A stretch of DNA of 61,984 bases, counting the filler, from Nemertoderma westbladi (taxonomy: Eukaryota > Animalia > Xenacoelomorpha): the NCBI GenBank assembly GCA_032718475.1. It is 3 parts of 3 records of this genome, joined end to end, with 100 filler letters (N's around TTAATTAATTAA, not from the genome) between each part and the next. Parts side by side here need not be neighbours in the genome. Positions count along the whole stretch, not along the records: positions 1 to 16,309 come from JAUCBJ010006193.1; positions 16,410 to 45,576 come from JAUCBJ010003839.1; 1 more part is not named here. One strand, written 5' to 3'. Shown here in pieces: positions 13,118 through 27,113 of this stretch. The position numbers were made by a program, and so were the translations under genes. Each line of letters starts with the position of its first letter. Position 1 is the stretch's first letter. The notes under the pieces were generated by a model that saw only the letters and a list, made by a program, of their open reading frames with translations, was not told the origin of the DNA and ran no database searches.

Positions 13118-15089
13118 ATGTCGGTAATTTTTTTACAATTATTGAGATTTAGTTCTTCTATATTCTTGCAGTTCTGTGCGAAGACCCTCATCGCGTGGTC
13201 TGTGAGATTCTGACACCCCCGCAAGGACAGCTGCTTGAGGAAACCTCCACAACGCTTCGATAAATTTTCCATAACGGACGCCTAGAAGGATTATATTATA
13301 TTATGTTTGTAGTGTACTGAATGAAAGTACAAGGAATAGATAAACAACACGAACAAAGAGTTGGTTTCCATTTCCATGATTAGATATCTTTTTTAAGGAA
13401 TCTTTGTAAATTTAAGGAAGGTTTTGGTGTGTTGTGTGTGTGTGGGAGAGGGGGGGGGTTGTGATTGGATATCCTAGGGAGGAGAGGGGTAAGGGACTAA
13501 GGGAGTATAACTTAATTGCGCACCATCAATTAGTGGCGCAGTCGAATTGCTCTTGTTGTCGCGGTACCGAAATTGTTCCCACTGATACATACAGTATCTA
13601 CAGTTTACTAGCCCATTGGGTCGTACAATTGCGCCCATTAAGGATATTGAATCTCCACACCAATCCTACTTAATGCACCCACGTACCTAGCACAGGTATT
13701 CTACGAGGCGCTACAATAATTGATGTGCGTCAATGCTAATGGATGGCGCGCCTTTACATAATGCAACGTAATTTATATACAAAATATTGTAGGCCGAATA
13801 TATAAACAAATGTGTAAAACTAAAAACTGAGGACAAAAAGTTCTGTATAATGATAAATGAAAAAAATTGGAATGAAAATAAAATAGTCTTCTCGCATTGT
13901 AATGTAACCAACTGAATTGTATTGTGTTGCCTGAAGTCCAACAGTTGTATCTAAGACGTACTTATTTCCTGAATTAATAATTCCTATCAATGTTTAATTA
14001 TCACTTTAGGGAAAGGAGCATGTTACAGTGGCACGTTATTCTAACCAAAACAACAAACGAAAGACAATAGAACAGGTTTACAGTTTTATTTTTAAGATGT
14101 GTTAATTTTTCCCTTAGAGAATAATACATTTTAATTGTGCCCCCTCTGCCCGACCTACACGCCTGTGTGAAGAATACCAGGATTTCACTTTTGGTCGACT
14201 TGTTAGGCAGAAAGTCTGGTATTCTTCACATGGGCCGACCTACAGATAGCAAAACGTCTAAATAAATAAAACGTAGATAAAAAAACGTTTTGAAATTTAG
14301 CAACATTATATTATAAAATAATCTAACATACCAGGATAAAACCTACAATTACAGTTGGGCATTATATTTATTCATTAAAACTCATCTCAGTTAAATTTCA
14401 AGATTCTGAGTCAATGTATAGCTAAACTAATTAGGTTACTTTAACTGAGTTTGCCGCATGAATAATTAACTTCGAGTAGGTCTAGGTCATTATTACCTAA
14501 CCACTAATGTCATGATCAAATATTATCGTTATAATTGAATTTATAGCAAATGCGAGCGAAATGCGTAAGAAGATTTATAACAGTTTTATAAATATAGAAA
14601 CTTCGGGCGTTTTATTCTGGATACGGGCTGTGGTTATACTTAATTAAGGGCTTTTAAAGCCATGTATAAGTAATATATTGTATTAATTATCTGCATTCCA
14701 TGCACGTATTATACGCCAGATTCACTAGCACCCCTCACTATTAACCAACACACCCCCCCCCCCCCTGTTGTTGTTGTTGTTACCGATATTGTTTATTTAA
14801 TTAGCCATCGATGGCTAATATACATTGTTTGCTCAGATGTGCTCCATAACTTTGTACCATGGGTAGTTCCATGTGTAATTCAAATTCAATTCCATAATTT
14901 TGCATTTCCATGTACAAGTGTAATTCAATAGTAATTGTTTTTGTTTGTTACAATATTACCTCTATCCCGGTCTGAAAGTGAAACAAGTTGACTCGTTGCC
15001 AGTTGCTGCCATCTAGAGCCAAACAATTCCACTTCCATGAGACCTGGGCACACCGGCATAGAGACACGACGTCGAGGAAAGAGAAAATT
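13118..15089 (-). CDS. FBXL2/FBXL20: F-box/LRR protein FBXL2/FBXL20, two internal exons
   Basis: Exon 15089-14960 (130 bp, tttag|...|gtaat) encodes IFSFLDVVSLCRCAQVSWKWNCLALDGSNWQRVNLFHFQTGIE. Exon 13281-13118 (164 bp, ctag|...|gtaag) encodes ASVMENLSKRCGGFLKQLSLRGCQNLTDHAMRVFAQNCKNIEELNLNNCKKITD. Phases are compatible; upstream and downstream exons were not found in the window. Confidence 0.9.
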
Positions 15090-16210
15090 CTAAAATGTAA
15101 TAAATTATTCATAATTAGCAGGTCACGATGATAAATAGGAAAGGAATAGGAAGACGGAACTGAACATGTGATGAAATCCATTAGTAGGCCCATGTGAAGT
15201 ATATCAGACTTTCTGCTGCTATATTTCACTTTGCAGTTTACCCCCATGTGAAGAATACCAGGTTTTAACTAAAACCACGGTTTTCAGAAGGGCTGATTCT
15301 AATCAAAACAATAAACGAATAAGTATCTAAAGATGTTATAAGACAGAAATTCGCGCTATAAAACACTTAATAAGGATAAATTGGAAAAAATATAAGTTCT
15401 TCATATTTAAAATTCCAGTAGAATTTAGACCGAAAAGCGATAACCTGGCATTAAGATATTAATTAACTGTTTGTGTTGTATCTTGTATATATAACAATAT
15501 TCGATAACACCTACTAAAAGTAGTCATCCATCGTGATATATTTTATTTTACTTTATCATACACAAGTCTTGGGATGATGAAGAACATTCATATATTACAG
15601 ACAGTATATACTCGTTATGCTCGAGAAGTACACCCCCCCCCCCCCCCCCCCCCCCCCAGTATGTTATCCTGCCTGTTAAGTATAATTACGTTACAAAACA
15701 ATTTTGAAAATAAATAGAGTTGCGAAATGAAACGATCTTCGCACGCTATTGGTCACCCGGATTTATAGATTGCAGATAAGTTAGAGGGAGTTCCCATGAT
15801 AGTGCCTCATTCAACCAGCTGCTAATGTAATGAGGTAGAGTTGGTTGGGGAGAGGAGGGGAGGGTACACAAAGAGATCTCAAATAGTTTCTTGTTTCTTA
15901 CCGCCCTCAACCAATCCTTATCTAATTTCTAAGTAGTGATGACGAATTTCTCAATTCCGAAACAAATTCTAAGTAAATAACTCCCAAAATAGATTATTGT
16001 GCCGCAAACGGATGCCGTAGGTGTACGAATAATGGGGAACCCACGTATTGGCGAAAGTCGTTTCGTATGCCACGGAAAGGGATGATGGGGTTCTAAAATT
16101 GTCCAATTACGTCCATTTTAATAATTCAAAGAACAGATTCATAAAAACAATTGGAAATTTCAATGATATTCTATAGAATGCATTGAATGCCATTGTAGTT
16201 TAGAATCATA

Positions 16211-16309
16211 CGCGTGCTGCGTGAGGTGCAGTCTACAGTCCCCAGAACCGAAACGCGTGCTGCGTGAGGTGCAGTCCCCAGAACCGAAACGCGTGCTGCG
16301 TGAGGTGCA
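16211..16309. repeat. Tandem repeat, 36-43-bp unit, abutting the gap
   Basis: CGCGTGCTGCGTGAGGTGCAGTC...CCCAGAACCGAAA repeated about 2.5 times and running into the Ns. Confidence 0.8.
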
Positions 16310-16409
16310 NNNNNNNNNNNNNNNNNNNNNNNNNNNNNNNNNNNNNNNNNNNNTTAATTAATTAANNNNNNNNNNNNNNNNNNNNNNNNNNNNNNNNNNN
16401 NNNNNNNNN
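16310..16409. other. Scaffold gap with artificial linker
   Basis: N-run + TTAATTAATTAA (stops in all frames) + N-run, 100 bp in total. Confidence 0.97.
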
Positions 16410-17482
16410 AACATTTCGAAGTTGGAAGTCTAGCTTGTATCCTTTTGACCGGTTTTGTTCGAATTATTCCGACGCTTATGTCTCAGTATCATCATATGAC
16501 AGATTTGAATGAAACACTTGAAGATGACGCTGGGCGGTGGTGTATAAGTCACTTAGTGATCTTTAATTTAACTAACCAAGCGCCCCAAGGGTAAAAGAGA
16601 TATAAGCATCAGAATAATTCGAACAAAACTGGACCGAAGGACAGACAGACAACAAAGAGACATCGAACGTCTTACCTTGTACATCGCAGCCATGCATCAT
16701 GCTACATACATACCCATCCGTCAACCAAATCCGTCCGTGAATGGCAGAGATAAAGGCGTCAAAGTACAATTTTATATCGATGGGCCGCGGGGAAATTGGA
16801 AATGATATTGATGGGCTGATATGTAATATACGCACATTTCTAATGATTGATACGGATGGGCCACCAAAAACAGCACTTTTTTTAATTTATTTTACAAGCG
16901 AATTTTTTTCTTACTTTTCTGTCATACTCATGGCCATGGGCCATCCCAGTAGAGGATGATGCTCCATAAAGCCTTACTGATAGCCCACATTAAGCAACTC
17001 TATGTCTGTCATTGAACCCACAATGAACTTACGGCTTTGTAGTGACGGATAGGCCTACCATTCGCCAGGAACGCTATGGTCGAGCGTCTCAATAACGTCT
17101 CGTGACATCCTTTCGTCTTCAGGCGAACCCCACATTGGGTCAAATCAAAAAAGTTAATAAAATAATATAAATATTATAATTCCCAACAGATAGAACTAAT
17201 ATAAACAACGCATCGGGGCACATCGCACCAGCACGACAATCAAAGTTTATGGAATTGCTAAGTAACTGCATGAACGTAAATAAAAACTAGTTTGTTTAGG
17301 GAAATCTACAACCACAACACAGAAGAGAACAATAATTCATTGAATCCATAACCAAACTTTAAATATAAATGAAAAATATTTTATAAATAATATTCAGTGT
17401 ATATGAGCGGTTGCCATGGTCTCTGACATTGTTTAATTTTCGAACATGGTGGTTGCGATAACGTGTTAATAGGAAATGGTCC

Positions 17483-20400
17483 CTATTTCATCAAAGACCA
17501 TTTAATCTGATCTTTAGCGGTTTGTAAAACCTATAAAAACAAAGAAGGGTTTAGTCAGTGAGGTCCCAAGAAGAGTATACAGACACTTCGACGCACTAAG
17601 ATTTATATACAGTAAAGAGATTGGAGTACCGAAAGTATAGACACAGTGGTGTAACAAGAGTACAGACACCAAACATTGTCGTACAGAGTATAGACAATAG
17701 ACGCAGTCACACAGTAGTGGTGTACCAAGAGTACAGACACCGAACAGCGTCGAACAGAGTATAGACACTATAGACGCAGTCACAGAGTGGTGTACCAAGA
17801 GTACAGACACAGTCACACAGTGGTGTAGCAAGAGTATAGACGCAGTCACAGAGTGGTGTACCAAGAGTACAGACACAGTCACACAGTGGTGTAGCAAGAG
17901 TATAGACACCGAACAGTGTCGAACAGAGTATAGACACTATAGACGCAGTCACACAGTAGTGGTGTACCAAGAGTATAGACACAGTCACAAAGTGGTGTAC
18001 CAAGAGTATAGACACAGTCACACAGTGGTGTACCAAGAGTATAGACACAGTCACACAGTAGTGGTGTACCAAGAGTACATACACCGAACAGTGTCGAACA
18101 GAGTATAGACACTATAGACGCAGTCATACAGTAGTGGTGTACCAAGAGTATAGACACAGTCACACAGTGGTGTACCAAGAGTATAGACACAGTCACACAG
18201 TGGTGTACCAAGAGTATAGACACAATCACACAGTGGTGTACCAAGAGTATAGACACAGTCACACAGTGGTGTACCAAGAGTATAGACACAGTCACACAGT
18301 GGTGTACCAAGAGTATAGACACCGAACAGTGTCGAACAGAGTATAGACACTATAGACGCAGTCATACAGTAGTGGTGTACCAAGAGTATAGACACAGTCA
18401 CACAGTGGTGTACCAAGAGTACAGACACCGAACAGTGTCGAACAGAGTATAGACACTATAGACGCAGTCACACAGTAGTGGTGTACCAAGAGTATAGACA
18501 CAGTCACACAGTGGTGTACCAAGAGTATAGACATAGTCACACAGTGGTGTACCAAGAGTATAGACACAGTCACACAGTGGTGTACCAAGAGTATAGACAC
18601 AGTCACACAGTGGTGTACCAAGAGTATAGACACAGTCACACAGTGGTGTACCAAGAGTATAGACACAGTCACACAGTGGTGTACCAAGAGTATAGACACA
18701 GTCACACAGTGGTGTACCAAGAGTATAGACACAGTCACATAGTGGTGTACCAAGAGTATAGACACAGTCACACAGTGGTGTACCAAGAGTATAGACACAG
18801 TCACACAGTGGTGTACCAAGAGAACAGACACAGTCACACAGTGGTGTACCAAGAGTATAGACACAGTCACACAGTGGTGTACCAAGAGTATAGACACAGT
18901 CACACAGTGGTGTACCAAGAGTATAGACACTATAGACACAGTTACACAGTGGTGTACCAAGAGTATAGACACAGTCACACCAAGAGTATAGACACAGTCA
19001 CACAGTGGTGTACCAAGAGTATAGACACAGTCACACAGTGGTGTACCAAGAGTATAGACACTATAGACACAGTTACACAGTGGTGTACCAAGAGTATAGA
19101 CACAGTCACACAGTGGTGTACCAAGAGTATAGACACAGTCACACAGTGGTGTACCAAGAGTATAGACACAGTCACACAGTGGTGTACCAAGAGTATAGAC
19201 ACAGTCATACAGTGGTGTACCAAGAGTATAGACACAGTCACACAGTGGTGTACCAAGAGTATAGACACTGTAGACACAGTCACACAGTGGTGTACCAAGA
19301 GTATAGACACTGTAGACACAGTCACACAGTGGTGTACCAAGAGTATAGACACTGTGGCGTACCAATGCAATATTATATAGGTGGTGGTACATTGAAATGG
19401 GACAATTAACTAAAAATTCATGCAAATGTTTAGCTTTCAACATTAAGTCCCTCCGGTGTTTGCCCTAACATGATTGCGAATGGACTCATTGGGTATTTGA
19501 TTACGAGACCAAGTTTTACAAGATATTAAATAAAAATTGTTCATTATCACGTTTGCGCCCCTCCGATGGTCTGCCCTAACGATTACGAGATTGTGCAGAG
19601 AAAAATTTGGAAGTAGGTCACGGGGGTTTATTATATTAATTAATTTTAAGCTTATTATTAACCCCCCCCCCCCCCCGTCCCGGTTGGTACACATAGGGAA
19701 ACAATCCCATTGATCACGCAAGAGTGCGGAATTCGCACCAAAATAATACAGTAATTGAATCAACAGCTACGAGTTGACGGTAGAGCAGCCGTGTGAGGTG
19801 AACATGCGATCCTTATAAAAGCTAGAACCCATTACCGTGTCAATAGCGATACCGAATACCAGATTCGAAATAATATAGGTCAGTGAAAGGAGTGCCAGGT
19901 AAAGATGTCATGCAAAATATAAGAGGTGATAGGGGTGCGGAGAGGGGGTTGAGTGGGTTAGGATGGATGTGGGATGCTGGCGCGGGGATTTGAGTGGGTT
20001 GGGATGTGGAAAGGGGGGTGGATATGGGGTATCCGTGACGCAGAGGTCAGTAATCGAAACTCTCAAACAATATTTTTCTTACTGTTTCGATTCTGATTGG
20101 TGGTATTCTATATTATATTTGAATACTTTATAAAAGAGAAAGACAATCCTGGATAATTAGAAATGTGGGGAATGGCAGTAGAAACATTATCGACTCCGCC
20201 GTACTTAAAATGTGGAATGAAATAATGTACACGATACTAACTAGGCCTACATTGATAGAATATGATTTAAGAAGTGGCAGAAAGACACCCCCAACCCGGA
20301 TGTAACCAGAATGTATGACAATGGCGCATTATTTGGGCCGCCCCACACCGTGTGGTATCTTTCATTCCGGCACTTTGGTTTAGCTACAGTTAAAAAAAAA

Positions 20401-23400
20401 GTAGACAAAAAACAAATCACGGCAACAAAATTTCCCGTTTCTAGGGGCCTGTAACAAGTTGATGCGAAACAAGTTGTAATTACAAATTCACTATCTAAAC
20501 GCAATACATTGTAGAATTATATACAAAAAATAAATCAAATCTTTCCTCAAGATCTCTCAACATGAATATTCTTTATAACTATTACACAATTGTAACTTTT
20601 ATGAACATTAACATTTTGTGTTTTGCATTATTTTGTAATAGTTTTTAATATAATAATTATGATCGTAAATCACATACGGTAAGCTGAATAATAAGCTGCA
20701 AAATGTAAAAAAATAACTTTAAGCAACGAAACGAACAGTAAATGACGTATAGGTTTATAAGAGGCGAGTTTAGTTAGACCTCGCGTGATGCGTACTGTAG
20801 ACACTATTGTACAACGCGATCCTGGAATGAAATAATTTAAATTATACCAGTTTGTTATACTTATAAGGTAGAAAGTATCAATTAAATGCAACCCACATCC
20901 AACCTAAATGTCGTAATTGCACAAACGTTGTTGCTCAGCGGTTACAATACTATACCTGTAACTTGTTACCAATGCTCTAAAAAATAAAATTGTGTCACTT
21001 AGCAATAATGGTATTGGATGCTTGTTGTACCAAGTATTGCAATATCTGACATTATTGCAGTTTATTGTCATGGTTTATGGAAGATGTCAATATCGATGTT
21101 GATAAAAAGTAACCCATTTTATTTTTAAATTAATGAAAAAATATAATAAATAATTCCATTATGTATTAAACCTTACCTGCAAACTATCTAATCAACAGGT
21201 TGGGTTTACTTGGTGATTTGTACGTTAATTAATAGTTAATTATATATTTAATTCATTCGGCTTTAGTTTCAATTCTACGGCATACCGGGGACACATTCAC
21301 ATCGATATAAACTATATACCATACCTGGGCCACTGTCTGTTCGCTAATACTAAGATCGTCTTGTTTTAACGCTACTCTGTCGCAGACATTCATATAATCG
21401 GATTCTAGAATAATTCCATGGTCGCATATCTCATCCACAGATAGGAAAACTCCGTCCATATTGGCCAATAGAGTTCGCTTCTCAACATTCTTACGTAGCA
21501 TATGCGACAGAGAATCGAATAGACAGGATAGAACGCTGGCTAATATTAGCTGAAATGTTAAACATTGGACACAGTAAGTGAAAGTGTTAGGAACAGCTGT
21601 GACCCAACCCGAAAAGAAATAGTTAAGCTCCTCGAAATGTAGTTAGTTTTTTATTTCAAATTTATATGACACCCACCCAGCAGTGCGGTATCTATTTATA
21701 ATCGGCATACTGCATTGTACATTAAGAATGCTACACCCCGGTTTATCGATAAAATTGCACCGCTACAACCCATGATTTTCAGAGATCATTTGCATCTTCA
21801 AGGCAGGTGTCCTTTAAGATGCGTCTCAAGAAAGTCATGGGCAGCAGCCTAATGCTTACTCTCTCCATGGGGCCCCCAAAGTACAAGATCGTTACGAGCT
21901 GGTCATCACGGCGAAAGCAATGTCCTGCAAAGCGGAGGCGGATCACATCAATTGTCACGAATGGGGAACTAATGAAATACATCGCTGTATAGCGAGTATA
22001 CCTACTATATACCTACTGATGCTCTAAATTATCAAACCTTAATATTATGACGGATTCTGTGACTTTCAAATCCTGGACAGACTATCCAAACTTCGATAGA
22101 TACCAAAATTTTGATTTGGGGATGACAGGAAATATTCCCACAGGCACATAGCCAGTTCCCGCCCTTGGTGCAAATGAGTCATATTCCACATTTTAGAGAT
22201 GATCAACTTCTATCATTCCTACTGCATTGATATTTATGCTCATTAGAACCGCAATGACCGATTTAGTTTGTGTAGACACCTTCAACTACTACTAGGATCG
22301 GCATGCTGTATTGCAGCTGCATTTTTAAGAATGCTGTGCCGGCTTATCGACAAAATTGCACCGCCACAACTCCCTATCACCCATGACATTTGCTAGATTA
22401 TCCGCATCTTCAAGGCCAGTGTCCTTTAAGATGCGTCTCAAGAAAGTCATGGGCTGTCCACCATGCGTATTCACTCCATGAGGCTGCCAAAGTACAAGAT
22501 TATGCACTGGCTGGTCCTCATGGCGAAAGCAATGTCCTGCAAAGCGGAGGCGATTTTGTTCTAGTGTCAAGCTTGGGGGAACCAATGAGACACCTCCAAT
22601 GTTATATAGTGTCTCGTTGGAGATGTGTGTATTGTACTTGACACAATGAACCCGGCGTAGCATTCTTGTGAATGTGCCATCCAGAGATTTGGTGTCCTCG
22701 GCAGTTAGAGCCCAGCATGGACTCCCATGGAGTACTGGAACTACTGCTGCTCTAAATAATCGGACCTTAAGTTTCCGATTAATTCTCGGTGACTTCCAAA
22801 TCCTGGAAAGCCTATTCAAGGCTGCCCATGCCTTTCCCTTACGTATTCGAAGGTCCTCACCTGACTTCCGGATCCATGATCCCAGGTAACAGAAGTCGTC
22901 CACATGCTCAAGCATACCCTCTTTTGAGCTTATGCTCATCCGATCAGAGACTTGCTGAGGACTTTCAAAGTTAATTGTCAAAATTTTGGTCTTTCTGGAG
23001 TTAATAAAAAGACCAACACTAGAAGCAGCATGTTCTAATGAGCTGAGGAACCGTTGGGCTCCCCCCAGTGATTCTGAGAGTACTCCTAAGTCTCAGCAAA
23101 GTCTAGATCAGTTAGGTACTTGGCAGGATTTCCTCGACTTCTGGAGCCAGTAGGTGGAGTTATCATCACCCCATCATCATTATGATGATATAAGGACATG
23201 CGTAGAACATAGTCAACAACAATTATGAACAAGAATGGTGCAAGTGTGTCTCCCTGGAGGACGCCCCATAACACTTCAAACAAATGGTTCTGTGTCACCG
23301 TCAACAGTAGACACAAATGTTGTCGAACCATCGTATACTGATGTGATTGTTGCAATAATTTCATCAGGAATCCCATATAATGAAAGTATGATGAACATAC

Positions 23401-26400
23401 GTGAGCGAGAGACTGAATCAAAGGCCTTGATGAAGTCAACAAAGATAACAGCCAGATGCCTGTCTTTCTTTTTTGATAACTCTTCAATTATCCTTCTAAG
23501 TGCCAAAATGGGCCCCATGGTCCCACGACCTTTACGGAACCCATTCTGATTTCCACGGAGCAGTCTCTCAATGGGATCCCTGATGCGATTTAATAGAATC
23601 CTATTGTATAGCTTTGCAGCAATCGAGATCAATGAGATTCCCCGAAAAGAACCATAGAGTGTTAGGTTGCCCTTCTTGGGAACTGGCACCAACTTATTTG
23701 TTTTCATTTCTTGTGGGACTCTTGTTGTTCGGTACATGTCTACTATGATGGGATAGATGAGCTTTAAACACTCAGGTATTTTGAAGACCTCAGGGGGAAC
23801 ACCATCTACTCCACTGGCACGATTGGTCTTAATGCTCTTTGCAGCAGCCTTCACTTCTGCAAAGGAGATATCACCAATGGGGATATCTGGGAGTACAGAC
23901 TCAGACACTTTTACTTCTATAAAGTTATCAGGCAATACCCTGTCATTATTGAGGAGCTTTTCAAAGTGGGCCTTCCAACCATTGAGGCGATCGGCTGGTG
24001 ATTCAGCCTTAACATTGGTGGTTGGTTGGCTTTTTCGACCAGCAAGCAAGTTGATCGATCTCCATGCCTGGGATGATTGCCTGCTGTCGTCAGCATCATT
24101 GATGGCATCGACCTGTTGGTTTATTAGCTCCTGTAGATTAACAGAGTACTGCCTGTTCAGGGACCTAGATGCAGCCTTAACTACATTCTTGGCCGCTGTA
24201 GTCTGTTTGAGTCGGAACTCTTTCTGCGCCTTGTAGAGGTCATTTCGGTACAAAACAAGCATAGAGCGAATAGATTTTGAGATATTGCAGAAAATGTAAA
24301 GTCCGGCACAAGTCAACATTCAGACATTAGCGCCTTGATGCGATATTGACAAATACACAAATATCTCATAAACTATTTGCTCTATGCTTGTTTTGAAGGT
24401 GTATACACCAACTAAATCGGTCATTGCGGAGCATAAATATCAATGCAGTAGGAATACTATCGGATTGTAGGATCACAAAAATGTGGAATATGACTCACTT
24501 GCGCCAAGGGCGGGAACTGACCATGTGCCTGTGGGAATATTTCCTGTCATCCCCAAATCAAAATTTTGGGATCTATCGAAGTTTGGGGCCCAAACTTCGA
24601 TAGATCCCATAATTTTGATTGGTTGTTTTGATTGGTTGTTTTGATTGGATTTTGATTGGGCCCATTTGATGACATCTGATTTGCGAACTGAGTTGAAATT
24701 CGAAAAAAGTTTTTCGTTGATATTGAATGGTACAGGTACAAAACGTGATGAGGTCAAATTTGACTTCAAAGACAATATGTGTATAAATTGTAAAATTGAA
24801 TAGATCCCCTTCCAAATTTTTACATTTTAGTTTTTCTCATTTAGAAGTACTATAAAATAATAAAAGTCACAACATTTCGAGATAAAATATCAATGTGTGA
24901 TAAAATTGTGTAAGTTTAAATCTCCGATGGTTCAAAAATGACCTCAAAGAGAGCACAAGGGTTTAAACATCGTCTGAGACGTCCTTATCGCTAAGAACCT
25001 CATCAGTCTGTCCTTTTCTTGTTTGTCAGCGCTTTTAGCTCTCCTTGTCGTAAAGGGGACCCGAGATTTAGGGGTTAACTGAGGCTACCAAAGTGAATTG
25101 CATAGATTGAAAAGTTAGAATTAAATAGAATTAGAAAAAATAGAATTGAATTAGAAATGAAGTAGAATTGAAAAGCATAGAGGACAACTTCCCCTATTAA
25201 AACCAGCATGCAAAATTGCGCATTAGAGTATGATTCACTTAAACGTGTGTTTCATGGCTTAAATGTTGTCACAGTCGCATTATAATGATGTCGGAACGAC
25301 ATTAAGTCCTGTGTCGTTCGTTACAAACTCTTACCCAATTGATGATTACATTGGAAAAACATATTGACCCGCAAATAGGACCTAATGGAAACTTACTTCG
25401 TTTTCCTGAGAACTGCCGACCACGTAGAAATATAGGTCAACATTGCTGCGATAAATAACAGTTAATCCGTCTAACATTATAATTTCGGCTAAGAAAACAA
25501 AAAATATAAGGAAGTTACATACCGGTATTACAATTTACAAAATAATTACAAAACAGATTATATTTGAAGAAGGTTTATTAATTTAGAGAGGACGTGAAAT
25601 GAATAAACCAAATAGAATATAGCATTGCGTACTACAGGTTGTGAAAAGTAATTTCCAGCAGTTATTTAACAATTTCATTAAATTTTAGATGTATATCATT
25701 CAGAGACATCATATTGGGCAATTGATTTCATCATTCTAGAACATCATTAATTTTGAAGTAGAAGCTTGAAAACCAATAACTAATAATTATATTTATTTAT
25801 TATCAAGCACATTAAGTAAAAAACCTTACCGGTAGGTGTGTTAGTACGCACAGATGCGGCATCAGTCCATGTTAAATCTTTATTCCAAAATATTATATTA
25901 ATTCAATAAAATCGTAAGGTAAAACCCGCAAAATTTGGAAAGACCAATCGCTACAACGGAAAAAAAGTGAAAGAGGTGGACCTGGCCTGGAAAACCATAA
26001 TCACATCACAACAAACAGGACTGATCAAATGCGTTTTTGATTGGTCTGTGAAAATTTTTCCATGTCCAGTCCACCTTCTTAAAACCCGATTGTGGTACGC
26101 CTACATAATGATGCGAAACTCACAATTGGCTTTACATGTTTTATTAAACATATTCTTCTCCCATAATCTGCGCTCTTTATCTGTGGGGAATGTTCCATCG
26201 TAATACTTAGCTAGCAAACGGTTGCCATCATTATCCAACACAATAATCGCCTTCACTGTATACAGCGACGCATCCTGAATAAAATAATGGATCCAAACAT
26301 TAACAGTTTGAGCTGACCTGTTAACAACTCCTACCACCCACTACAGTACTAGAATGTACAGATAGGCTTAAAGAAATAAACTGCCAATCTATTCGATTAG

Positions 26401-26800
26401 TGAAGTCAATCTTTAAAGAGGCGGTATCTATCAGCAGGGTATACCAAAACTTATTCGCAATCGATCAATCCTACGGAAAAACATATACCGGTAATACAAA
26501 AATATATTACCAGTACCGGTACGAGATTGTATTCATGGAATTTGGTGCAAACAAACTTTAGGCTACTTTTGTAGGCTAAAGTTCGTGCTACGTTACGTTA
26601 TACAGTTCTTTATATGAGCAGATGAGATGTGAAGATTACAACTGTACTAAAAGTAGGACCTGGCCAGCTGGCCTACTAGAATACAATAGGCAGATAGGCC
26701 TACCGCTACCAGTAGCCTAATACTTTAATATGATGAAAAACCCGATATAGGGCAAAGCCAAACAATAGGCCTACATTGTTACCTGAACTGCTGAATTCAT
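17483..26800 (-). CDS. COPZ1: Coatomer subunit zeta, 5 exons, 177 aa
   Basis: Exons 26800-26783 (MNSAVQ), 26274-26124 ([25 protein letters not shown]...), 25488-25397 ([30 protein letters not shown]), 21549-21325 ([25 protein letters not shown]...EQTVAQ) and 17530-17483 ([15 protein letters not shown]). All introns are GT-AG with matching phases; total 534 nt. Confidence 0.96.
17570..19365. repeat. 33-bp minisatellite array in the last COPZ intron
   Basis: Unit GTGGTGTACCAAGAGTATAGACACAGTCACACA repeated dozens of times, with +3 and +9-bp variants and a 73-bp variant containing CGAACAGTGTCGAACA. Confidence 0.97.
21700..21975 (-). mobile_element. RTE-clade LINE 3' fragment
   Basis: Encodes [11 protein letters not shown]...[11 protein letters not shown]; a diverged copy of the 3' end of the element at 22286-24250. 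Confidence 0.8.
22087..24587. mobile_element. Palindromic MITE interrupted by the RTE LINE
   Basis: 22087-22285 plus 24251-24286 form the reverse complement of ~24360-24587. Removing the LINE restores CACCTTCAAAACAAGCATAGAGC. Confidence 0.8.
22286..24250 (-). mobile_element. 5'-truncated, frameshifted RTE-clade non-LTR retrotransposon in COPZ intron 3
   Basis: RT motifs split over three frames: [88 protein letters not shown]. Has a (TAG)n 3' tail. Confidence 0.93.
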
Positions 26801-27113
26801 TATACACGCGTGTCCGTTCGAGTGACGGTACCTAGCAGGATAGCAGGAGCCACAATCGCACCAGGCGCTGCCACGGCCTGACTCTCTTGAAATGAATTTA
26901 TTCCTTGTTCAGTTGTCTGGTTGTTAGTCAGCTCTCTCTTCAGCAGCTAGGCCTTCCCTGAACTGCCGATAGGAGGACAGTCAGACTATAACTGGATAAG
27001 GACAGAACAGCAGAAGTACGAGCAGATGAGACGAGAACAGGAAATAAGATTTATCTGTATTGCGTATTGTGTATTATCTGTATCTGTATTTAGCTGTATT
27101 GCTTATTCCTTAT

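Noticed and set aside
14948-15247. 99-aa single-exon ORF
   Set aside because: Only 14960-15089 is an FBXL exon; the remainder is intron containing a small MITE-like repeat.
16354-16365. TTAATTAATTAA palindrome within both N-gaps (also 45621-45632)
   Set aside because: Artificial scaffolding linker; it also supplies the false stop of ORF 45625-46413.
17514-19443. Long repetitive ORFs on both strands and a CRISPR-like look
   Set aside because: They result from a 33-bp (11-codon) minisatellite inside a COPZ intron. There are no unique spacers or cas genes, and the 73-bp variant shifts frames.
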